From the NCBI GenBank assembly GCA_000002445.1, contig CP000070.1:288001-352000 (forward strand): DNA of 64,000 bases, read 5' to 3'. The notes under the pieces are model-generated. The model saw only the letters and a list, made by a program, of their open reading frames with translations. It was not told where the DNA came from and searched no databases. This document shows positions 21,054-30,349 of the stretch, piece by piece. Within the stretch, counting starts at the first letter, position 1, and each line of letters starts with the position of its first letter. The stretch is from Trypanosoma brucei. Lineage: Eukaryota. A program made the position numbers and the translations under genes.

Positions 21054-23609
21054 GTGCTACACCGTAAACAGAAGGCAAACACTGAAATGCACGAACCTCG
21101 TGAAGTAGTTCCTCTGGAGCGCGCTTTCCTGGACGTTCCCGACGTCTCGGAGGACGTACATTGGCTTTTGCGCCGGTTCGTCAACGAAGACGGTGTCGTC
21201 CTGGGTTGGGGCCTTTGTCGCAACGGTGAACTGGGGACGGGTACTCGGAACAACGTCATTACGCCGTTTATCATTGGTGGTTTGGATAAACCGATTCGCA
21301 TAGGATGCTCCTCCATGACCTCCGTGTGGCTAGGCGTCCGCGGTGCTGTCCTTACAATGGGTGGTGGCATGTGGGGTGAACTTGGCGTTCCGGACCCACA
21401 GGTGATGCCACTTCTCTCCTGCACTGAACATGGCGTGCCTATTTCAACCGCACAAATTGATCTCCGGCAATTCAATTGGAATGAGATGATTGTGGACGTC
21501 AAGGGAGGGCATGCATTTTTTGCTGCACTTTCTAGCAAAGGGGAGGTGTTATTGTGGGGGGCAAACGATTACGCCCAATGTACTCCTGAGGTAAGGGGAG
21601 CGTGCTGTGCAACACCACGCAAACGCCGTGTGGCGGCTGAGAGAATTGTGGAGGTTGCTTGCGGCAACTATACCGTTTTGGCCCTCTCAGAGCGTGGTGA
21701 AGTATACGGCTGGGGCTACACCCTTCTCCTTGGCGAGGAGGAATCGACGTGGAAGACGTTGCCCCCGAATCATTTGAAAAGAGTGATTGTGGATGGCGAA
21801 GAGAGGGGTACCGTCGTGCAACCTGTTAAAATTCGTTCGTTGAGTTCCAAGTCGATAAGCCACATACGGATGGGACCGTGGCATGCCTTTGCGTTTAGCA
21901 GTGAAGGCCGTGCTTATAGCTGGGGTCTAGGGGAGGGTGGCCGACTGGGGCACGGTGACGAGGAAAACGTCAGCTTACCAAAGGAAGTCAAGGGGCTTAA
22001 ATCAGCTGTGGTTGAGGTTGCGTGCGGCAGTTTCCACACATGTTTGGTAACCTCCAGCGGCCTCGCGTACGCCTGTGGAGATAACCAAGGCGGCCAATGC
22101 GGAGTCCCCGGTGAAGTCATAGTTACAACCTTTCGTCAACTCGACCTTCCACTACGCCATAAGGTGATATCGGCGTCGTGTGGGCGACACCATACGTTGC
22201 TGCTTTTAGAAACGGGAGAAGTCGTAGCATACGGAACGGGGTTGGGCGTTGGTGTAGGACTGGGGCACGGCTTGCGGATGATACGAGGTGTTCCCATCAT
22301 GGACAACTACATATCACTATGGCTGACAAGTGGGTCGTGCCACAACTTCTCCCTTAGCTTACCCAAGAACCTTTCCATGCTTATACTAGGGCTGCCACAC
22401 CGGGGGGTTCACAGTGCGATTTCAGTCATTGGGGTAAAGGAGGGACTCTTAACTGCTGCTTTGGGACAGGGCTTTTCCATCATATTGAATAGACGCGGCG
22501 TGTGTTATGCAATGGGAATGGGTGGATGGGGACAACTCGGCATTGACCTCAGTAAAGTGCGGGATTTCACTCACGATAGGGTGCCTGTTGTGCGGCATGC
22601 CACCAAAATAACCAGTCTTAGTTCCTCAGCGATCGTGCAAGTTAGCGCCGGGATTTGCTTCTCGGCGGCACTCAGCGATACCCAGCGTGTCTTTACGTGG
22701 GGAAGCAACGTGTACGGTCAGTGTGGACTCGGTGTTAGTCCTATAGAGAACCCACGCATTGCTGAACCTCAAGAAATTGGATGGCTTGCCGATAAGATGA
22801 TCGTCCAAGTGGCGTGTGGTTGTTTTTTTGCTCTGGCGCTGAGTGCAACTGGTTGCGTTTACAGCTGGGGCAACATTGAGTGTTGTGGCGTGGGCGACTT
22901 GCCGCTGCCACCGGAGATACCAGACAACCTTGTAATGGAGTCGTTAGGAAACGATAGCACTGCCAGTATCCTTATGCCAGTGGAAGTGCCAAGTCTTTCC
23001 AACATCGTAGCCGTGGCAGCTGGGGCTTGGCATGCAATGGCGTTGAACGCTGCGGGGGAAATTTACGCATGGGGCATTGGTGCTTGTGGACGACTTGGTT
23101 ACGGTGGAGAAGATGACCGCATCACTCCTGTGAAGGTGTTGCTTTCCGCTTTCGCTACAAAAATTGGATGCGGACCCTTTGGGAGTTACGCCATCACCGA
23201 TGAAGGCAAGCTGTATGTGTGGGGCGCCAATGGAAGGGCTCAGCTTTCTGCTACAGGAAGCCGCATTCTCCTTCCAACGCATGTGCTCGATGATGTGATG
23301 GAGGCCACATTGGGGAAGTATTTTGCCCTTGTCCTTACTCGCTCCCGTGAGTTCAGGTTTTCGGGCGTGATGGAGCACCAGAAGGGCGTGTACGTCAGCG
23401 AGTCGTTTAACGACCTGAGGAATATACCTCCAGAGTTATCCAGGGACAACCTGTCGATGGAAGGATGCCAAGGCGTACGAGTGTTTGCCGGGGTGGAGCA
23501 TGCAATTGTGCTCGTGGAAAAGGACCCACTACCACCAGCTGTGGTTACTGAGCTGCACTACACGTTGCGGGATCGGCCGGCGCAAATTATCAGGCGAAGT
23601 GCCCGTTAG
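21054..23609 (+). CDS. RCC1-repeat protein, 851 aa (paralogous in fold to 14007..17567, not a duplicate)
   Basis: Multiple RCC1 blades (WGLCRNGELGTG, YGWGYTLLLGEE, YSWGLGEGGRLGHGD, FTWGSNVYGQCGLG, YSWGNIECCGVGD, YAWGIGACGRLGYGG, YVWGANGRAQL). A start at 21087 (MHEPREV) is also possible. Confidence 0.8.
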   Translation: MLHRKQKANTEMHEPREVVPLERAFLDVPDVSEDVHWLLRRFVNEDGVVLGWGLCRNGELGTGTRNNVITPFIIGGLDKPIRIGCSSMTSVWLGVRGAVLTMGGGMWGELGVPDPQVMPLLSCTEHGVPISTAQIDLRQFNWNEMIVDVKGGHAFFAALSSKGEVLLWGANDYAQCTPEVRGACCATPRKRRVAAERIVEVACGNYTVLALSERGEVYGWGYTLLLGEEESTWKTLPPNHLKRVIVDGEERGTVVQPVKIRSLSSKSISHIRMGPWHAFAFSSEGRAYSWGLGEGGRLGHGDEENVSLPKEVKGLKSAVVEVACGSFHTCLVTSSGLAYACGDNQGGQCGVPGEVIVTTFRQLDLPLRHKVISASCGRHHTLLLLETGEVVAYGTGLGVGVGLGHGLRMIRGVPIMDNYISLWLTSGSCHNFSLSLPKNLSMLILGLPHRGVHSAISVIGVKEGLLTAALGQGFSIILNRRGVCYAMGMGGWGQLGIDLSKVRDFTHDRVPVVRHATKITSLSSSAIVQVSAGICFSAALSDTQRVFTWGSNVYGQCGLGVSPIENPRIAEPQEIGWLADKMIVQVACGCFFALALSATGCVYSWGNIECCGVGDLPLPPEIPDNLVMESLGNDSTASILMPVEVPSLSNIVAVAAGAWHAMALNAAGEIYAWGIGACGRLGYGGEDDRITPVKVLLSAFATKIGCGPFGSYAITDEGKLYVWGANGRAQLSATGSRILLPTHVLDDVMEATLGKYFALVLTRSREFRFSGVMEHQKGVYVSESFNDLRNIPPELSRDNLSMEGCQGVRVFAGVEHAIVLVEKDPLPPAVVTELHYTLRDRPAQIIRRSAR

Positions 23610-24318
23610 TCCTCCTTTCAGCGTTTTTTTCATCGTTTACAGTATTGTCGTCATTTTTATTTCTTTACTGTTGTAACTTCCGTTATCGTGTTGTTGTTTT
23701 AATCCTTTCTTGACGCTGTTTTATTTTTTGCCTCCTTAATTTGCCTGCAAATTGACTTCTTTGGCCCCATTCTGATGCAGAACTTACGCGCATGTATGCG
23801 AATGTGGCCCGACAGTGAAGTGGCGGGAGCAGTCGCTCTGGTGTGTTGTTTTACACGCGTTCGTGTGCATTTATTTTCTTTGATCTTTTGTTTAACTTTA
23901 TCCCCTCTTTTTTTTTGTATTGTCCATCCCGCCTACCAGCGGCAATCGCGTATCATGTGTTGGAGGTTGAGGGGGTGATTGTGGAGGGGGTAAAATAATT
24001 TAAATGAAAAACAGACATAATAGAAACGAAGCTTTTAAAAAAAATTATGTGTCCAATGAAGGAAGAAGGGGAAGTGGATGTGTTAATGTTATTTTGTGCG
24101 TTGAAGTTTTTAGTCGTCCATCAAGATTGAGTTTTTCTTTACGTTTTTTTCCCTTGCTGGTGGATTCCTCCGATCCACCCCCCTCCTATTTAACCCTTAA
24201 CTTGTGAAGTGTGGGAATTGGTGTAATAAATGCAGAGGGGAGGCGGACGGAGAGTGAAGGAGGGGAGGGGAGAAAAAAGGATATCAGGGGAGGTGCTTTT
24301 AATAAAAAAAAAAGTATG

Positions 24319-24319
24319 C

Positions 24320-24371
<52 letters not shown>

Positions 24372-24376
24372 CTGTG
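24319..24376. repeat. compound (TA)n(TG)n(TATG)n microsatellite
   Basis: Direct read, inside a 2.3 kb spacer. Confidence 0.9.
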
Positions 24377-25888
24377 TTTATTCGTATATCTACGCTTTAT
24401 TTGTTTAGTTAGTTGCCTTTTCCTTATTGTTACAAGTTATACTGTTGATATTGTTGATATTTTTCATCTACTCGCACATCTCACTTTGCCCTGCAACGCA
24501 ACAGGCTTATCGCATTACCGTATCGCAGAATACCGTTCTTCAACCATCGAAGCCACATTTACTCGAAAAATATCGTGCCTGTCATTTACCTATTTATTTA
24601 TTCATTTTCCTTCTTAATGATTACTGGTTCCTTCATCTTAAACCATTACAAGGGGAGCCATCGCTGGTATATGTATTGCTTCACTGTGTCTACTTATGTA
24701 TGTATCAGCGTAAAGAAGAATATTGAATACGCTCCGTCACTTTCCGCCTTGCCTTTTTTTCTTTAGTTTCAGGAATTTTTACAGTTCTGTAAGCATCCGA
24801 CGAGCCGTCTTGTATTTCTGTGCAAATGGTCGTGTGGATGCTGTAGAGAGAAATGCGTTGAGTTGTTGTATGTAGTGAAATAGAGGTGACGGGTATGAAC
24901 TTCTTCTACAAAGAAAAATCGCAGAAGGAAAGCACGCACTTAATGACTAGCATCCATTGTAAGCGCCACTGTCACGCCGTATGAGTGCACTTTATCAGTT
25001 CTAATTTCTTAATTCATTATTTTTTGCGCTGGTACTCTTAAGGGTGTAACACGATGTGCTTGTTTGCGTGTTGAGGACGGCGTGTAGGGAGTTTTAGCAT
25101 AAAACAAAAAAGGCGACAGGCACCAACCTGGGTCATGATCATTCTCTTCACCTATTTTTTTCCCCTTCATTATTGTTATTTTTCCTGCGCTATATCGTTT
25201 GCGAACTGCGGCAAATAGATGAGTAAATAAATATTTAGAAACGTAAAAGGTAGTGACTGTACAAGAACTCAAGTAAACAAAGTACGGTTTCCTCTGTGTG
25301 TTTGCGCGAAAACTGTTTTTGAAGAAGAATGAGCGGTGCCAGAAACTTATTACTTTCTCTCCGTCTGCGCTTGCAGTTTGTGTGTATATATCTTTCCTGC
25401 CTTTTCCTGTTCTGTTTTGCTCCCTCTTAATTCCTTCCGGCCATTACCGGGATAGTGTCTTTGAGTAGTTGTTGCCTGACCTGCAAGCACTCCTGTGGTC
25501 CACTGAGAGTGTTATTATCATTATTGCAGGCTTTCCCCTGCTGCTGTCAAATAACAGGGTCACACAAAAAGGGAAAGAAAGAGAAGGGGAGAGGAGGGAA
25601 GTTAGTGAAGGTTAAGGGACAAAACAGACATAGTGTGAGGAAGTAGCGGATTGCTGTCATATATATATATATATATTTCCCCAAATACTAATCGTAGTAA
25701 GTCAAGGAGAGCACAAGAAGAAATAATAACGAGCGCAAACTCGTTCCCTTATATACAAGTTATTGTTTCCCTGCGGCAGTAAACTACCCGGTTGTTCATA
25801 TTAGCGGGAAGGAAAGGTGGTACGGGAGAGGGGCAGAAGAGGGTTAGTGAATTTTTTTTTGTTTTTCGAACCCCCTCCCCCAAAATCC

Positions 25889-28800
25889 ATGGAGCATCAA
25901 AACGACCGCTGCACTTATTCCGTTCGCCCGCACGGGAAGTTGCAAGAATACTTGCTGGAACTCGAGAGTAAACTCCGGAATACCGCCGCACTGCTCCGTG
26001 AGTTCGGCACAACACCTAAGGGGAGCGATGCGGAGGGCTCTCCTGCCAATTGCACCACCTCTGCAGCGCAATCGGTGGGTGCGTACATCGAGGAACTACA
26101 GGGAGAAGTTGAGGCGTATGATGAACTTATCAACGAGCGACTAAAACAAATACGCCACCAGGCGGATGCAGCCTCGCAGGTGCACGTGGCATATCAAAAG
26201 ATGTTTCCGGACCATTCTCTCAAACCGAATACGATTAGCCCTGCAGAGAGGAAGCCATCAGCTAGTAGAGGTGTCTGTTACGACGGTGTTCGTCGATACC
26301 TTTCTCACTTTATAAACTGGGATCCATTGGAATTTGCTCGTGTCCCGGGTGGTGAAGACGAGGCTAATTGGGATCCACGAACGTCTCCCGCGCCTAGAAA
26401 CAGCGCTTCATTGTATCCGACCGAGGGAATTAAGGGGGATGGCGGTGATCGGAACTGTGGGCCATGGTCGCATGCTCATTCGACGCCTAACCACCAGTCG
26501 CAGTGGTCGGGAGCTCCGTGCGGCCCACGCGGATCGGGTCAGCAGTGCGGTAGACGAGGGATAAAATCTGTAGTGGATGATTTGGTGGTTCGGCAGCTTC
26601 AGTATGACGGCGTCCCGCTAACAACGACGATGGAGATGGATCTGGGATGCTATAATGGATTGGCGGCTGCATGTGAAAAGAATCCCACGAGGAGCAGCCA
26701 TCCAGTAAGCGTGGCGGTGCCGCAGGAGATCCGTTGCGGAGTCCTGCGACCGTGTTCACTTCGGGAGGAAAGCGTGGACATACTGCAAATGGTAACGGAC
26801 GCCTACCCGCGTACCGTTCAGTGGATTGTTAATATCGTTAATCTTTGCATCTCCTCCGCAGATATTCCGAGGACGGTCATGACGACTGCTGAAGGATTGG
26901 CACTGCTACTAGAGGCAGATGCTAATGGAGCCATACCGCACACGCAGCAAACGAGGGAGAGTGAGAGCCAATCGAGCAAGGTGTTTTTCCCAGCGGTTTC
27001 TGCACCAGAAGCGGAACCGACGCCGGATCGTGACATGCGCGAGACTCAGGAAACACCGGAACTCGGCGATGTTGTGCGGCTTCACAGAAGTGCTGCCTTC
27101 TTGTGGTCCTCGCAATTGAATGAGGAAGTCGAAGACGGAGAGGATGATGAACTCGCGGAAGCCACCAGTAGAGATGCCGGTACCGATATGGCTCCAGACG
27201 AGGAGCAAGATTATCTCGAGGAACACGAATATTATGTAGGCATGGAAGATCTTATACATGCAGATGTGGAAGCCGATGAGGTGGAGGAAGACGAGGACGA
27301 CGATGGAGATGGAGATGACGGCCGGATATTTGTGAATGACAGCGCAGGAGAGGAAGAAGACGAGGTGGATGAGGATATGCTTGAGGAAGGGGAAGATGTC
27401 GGCGAAGAGGAGACTGAAGACGACTACAGATACTTGCAACAGCAGCGAAACGCAGAGGAAGGTGACGTTGGCGGAGGAATCCGGGGTCGAGGGGAGGGAG
27501 GAGAGAAACAAGGAGAGCCAACTGCGTCCACGGAACAGAATGAAGTCCAACTCGTCGCTTTCGTGATGCAGCGACTGAAGGTATTCCTGTCAGACCTCGT
27601 GATTATTACGGCACTGCAACAGCTGGCGCTGATGGTTTCGGCGGCTCGGGCTACAATGTCAGACATGACGATTAACGGGGGCGAAGACGGTGACACAACT
27701 TCGTTGACACTGCAGCGAGCCGCTGAGTTCGCCTTAGCGTTATGTCGTCATCCGTCCGTGGCATGGCGGCTTGCAGTCGAGAACGGGTTTCATCAGTCTC
27801 ACACGCTGGGTGATGGTGATCCTCAGGTCAGTGGTGATGCTGCGCGGCCGTCCGCACTGCTGCTTTCTTTCCGTCACATTCTCGTGGCACTTGGGTACAT
27901 GCCGTTAGCCCTGGGAAATGAGCACAGACGTGCCTGTGAGGAGTCACAAGTGAATGGGAACTCACATGGTGGGAAACAGGCACAGGAACGCCTGCTGTGG
28001 TGTGTGGCGCCCTTTCTGCGCTTGTGGGGTGACAACCAGCGATCGTACTCTGGTGTTGGCGTTCCAACAGATCCCATGTATGGTTTCGTCGAGGATAGTC
28101 GTGGTACTGGTGGGGCCGCGGTAGCCGTTCCGATATGCACGACGCCGTTAGTGTGGCAAGAAAGCGTTCTCATGAGCCTCCTTGATCAGGTAGGGAAATT
28201 GAAACAGCTTGAGGAGCTTCTTCAACAGGAAGGACATAATGTGAAGCAAGCGGCATCTTCCTTCAATACAACTCCCCAACCAGAGAGCCTGCTTTATCGC
28301 TTCATATATCCACTTAGTGCACCTGTGCTGCGTAATCTTGACGATTGCTGCGAAAGGGGTCTCATCACGACATTCGGAGGTAGTCCTTCGCAACGCACGA
28401 GTATGAGCGAGTCACCGCAAGGTACCCCTTTTCGCCTGCCGCCCCCACAGCAGCAACCAACGTCACCGGCCGCAGCTATCAGTACCCAGCGGCGCTCAAT
28501 AATCAGCGGGTTTCGCGGCATGTTGCAAGGCTGGACGGGCTCTCGAAACAACAATCGTCGCAACACCGATACCGATCCTGCTGTAACCAGTGGGGACGAC
28601 GCCCAATCCCAGGATCCCACTGCCTCTCCGAAGCCTTCAGCACCCCAGCATACCGTGATCTTGGAGCTTCCCCACGCCAGCACGATTTTGTTGCAGCAAG
28701 ACGAGCTACAACGACGCGCTACATCCGCGTTACTTTATCCCAAGGAAAATCTGAGCTTCCATTCGGCGAACCCCGTTAGGTTGCTAAACTCATTTGTTGT

Positions 28801-29113
28801 GTGGCAACCGATGTTCCAGAAAACCATGTGCTACTGCCCGATAACACGCAGACGTTGTATTGACGCGTGTGTGCACGGTATCACTCCCGAGCAATATAAG
28901 GAAGCGCCGACGTCCCTCACAACTGGGGCTGAGTCGGGGTTCAATCCCGCGCAGTTGTTAAACTGTGGTCACGTGATTTCATATCGCGCGATGATGGCAC
29001 TGGCAGAACGGCCGCAGCGACTGGTCAGAGGGTCATCAAACGGCGTGCGATGTCCGTATTGCACAATGGTGACTCCGTTGGAGCAGTCGCTGATGCTATC
29101 GTGTATTTACTAG
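25889..29113 (+). CDS. large acidic protein with C-terminal Gid/CTLH-type degenerate RING (RMD5/MAEA-like)
   Basis: Start chosen at MEHQNDRC after a T/C-rich tract (the ORF opens at 25817). Central D/E-rich block (about 27100-27450). C-terminus CPITRRRCIDA…NCGHVISYRAMMAL…VRCPYC matches, from memory, the RMND5A/MAEA RING pattern CPILRQQ…CGHVISRDAL…KCPYCP. Confidence 0.6.
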   Translation: MEHQNDRCTYSVRPHGKLQEYLLELESKLRNTAALLREFGTTPKGSDAEGSPANCTTSAAQSVGAYIEELQGEVEAYDELINERLKQIRHQADAASQVHVAYQKMFPDHSLKPNTISPAERKPSASRGVCYDGVRRYLSHFINWDPLEFARVPGGEDEANWDPRTSPAPRNSASLYPTEGIKGDGGDRNCGPWSHAHSTPNHQSQWSGAPCGPRGSGQQCGRRGIKSVVDDLVVRQLQYDGVPLTTTMEMDLGCYNGLAAACEKNPTRSSHPVSVAVPQEIRCGVLRPCSLREESVDILQMVTDAYPRTVQWIVNIVNLCISSADIPRTVMTTAEGLALLLEADANGAIPHTQQTRESESQSSKVFFPAVSAPEAEPTPDRDMRETQETPELGDVVRLHRSAAFLWSSQLNEEVEDGEDDELAEATSRDAGTDMAPDEEQDYLEEHEYYVGMEDLIHADVEADEVEEDEDDDGDGDDGRIFVNDSAGEEEDEVDEDMLEEGEDVGEEETEDDYRYLQQQRNAEEGDVGGGIRGRGEGGEKQGEPTASTEQNEVQLVAFVMQRLKVFLSDLVIITALQQLALMVSAARATMSDMTINGGEDGDTTSLTLQRAAEFALALCRHPSVAWRLAVENGFHQSHTLGDGDPQVSGDAARPSALLLSFRHILVALGYMPLALGNEHRRACEESQVNGNSHGGKQAQERLLWCVAPFLRLWGDNQRSYSGVGVPTDPMYGFVEDSRGTGGAAVAVPICTTPLVWQESVLMSLLDQVGKLKQLEELLQQEGHNVKQAASSFNTTPQPESLLYRFIYPLSAPVLRNLDDCCERGLITTFGGSPSQRTSMSESPQGTPFRLPPPQQQPTSPAAAISTQRRSIISGFRGMLQGWTGSRNNNRRNTDTDPAVTSGDDAQSQDPTASPKPSAPQHTVILELPHASTILLQQDELQRRATSALLYPKENLSFHSANPVRLLNSFVVWQPMFQKTMCYCPITRRRCIDACVHGITPEQYKEAPTSLTTGAESGFNPAQLLNCGHVISYRAMMALAERPQRLVRGSSNGVRCPYCTMVTPLEQSLMLSCIY

Positions 29114-30349
29114 TGATTTTTTTTGTCAGTTAGCATCTTGCGTACAAAGGGCTCCGTGTGTATAACCGAATACTGAAAAAAAAAACAACAGCAACCCTTA
29201 CGGTCGCCTGTCATTGGCGCTGAAGTAATTTACCATCACCATCACTTTCTCACTTTCTCTCGTCGTGTGCGTTTGTATTATTCTTGCTAATTCTCTCATT
29301 GTTGTTTAGTGCCGATTCTATGGTCGTTGGGGTATCCTGCCTTGCACCTTCACATTCTACGGGCCTCCGCACTCTTTCACTAAGTTTTTCAGTGAGTGAA
29401 CTTGTGAGACCATAATCACTGCAGGAATTGGGAAGCAAAGAGAAACCGAACGCCTGCTGATTTTTTTGTTTTTTCTTACACATATCTATACAGTGCTGCA
29501 AAGGGGGGGGGGGAGTAATTGAAAGGATCGTGGTTTTACCCAGCCTTTTGGCTGTGTGAAAAAATTATTCTTGGGCACACTCTCATTTATCCCTCTTGTC
29601 TCCTTTAATTCGTGCGCGGCATGATTTGTCTTCATGCAACAGCGTTACGGATTCCCGTGGAGCCGTTTTGTTTTTCCCCATACCTATCATCGTTATTGCT
29701 GGCGGTGTATCATCGGATGTAAGGAGGTGTATATTTATATATATCTTTCCCTAACGAACACCTCACCTTCTTCCCCTCCCTTCTTCCTTTGCTAGTTGTA
29801 ACGTCTGCTGTTGCTTAAGTGTGATTGGTACGGGAAATATGAACAGGGGTGGGCAATAAGAGGCGCGACAGCCAACACTGGGGGAGGGAAGGGGTGAGGG
29901 TTTGTCACTAATGCTTCTTTCCTCTGCGCTGCTGTATGTAATGTTGTTGCGTTATCTCTACAACAGAAATCTTTGGAAGTGAAAATTTTCCTTTGTGCGT
30001 GGAAATGCATACCGCTTGCATATCCCAGTTGATCAGTCGATATATTTATGCATATATTTTGGTGTGACACTTCTTCTATCGTCATTTTACCTTTGTCTTC
30101 ACTTTCTTTCGTTTGGGTGCCATCTAGCACTGATTACACAAGCAGCTTCTCCAACACCTGTCTGCTCCCCTTTCAAATTTGTGAGCTTCTAATTTTTTCG
30201 TTTCAATTCTCTGAGCTGCTACTCTTTTCCTTTTTTTTTTGGGGGGGTGCATTCGTCCTCATCCTACAAGTTGTATCTACACCGTTTTATTTACGTTTGG
30301 ACACGTGCAAACCGAATCGGCCGTCTAGGAGGAGGCGTGCGCAGGAGAC

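Noticed and set aside
20942-21538. 198-aa minus-strand ORF (Pro/Ser/Thr/Arg-rich)
   Set aside because: Overlaps the 5' end of the RCC1 gene at 21054 on the opposite strand. Composition is typical of antisense read-through of a GC-rich coding region.
26909-27550. 213-aa minus-strand ORF
   Set aside because: Antisense to the D/E-rich block of the 25889..29113 gene. It is the poly-Leu/Ile/Phe mirror of GAA/GAG repeats.
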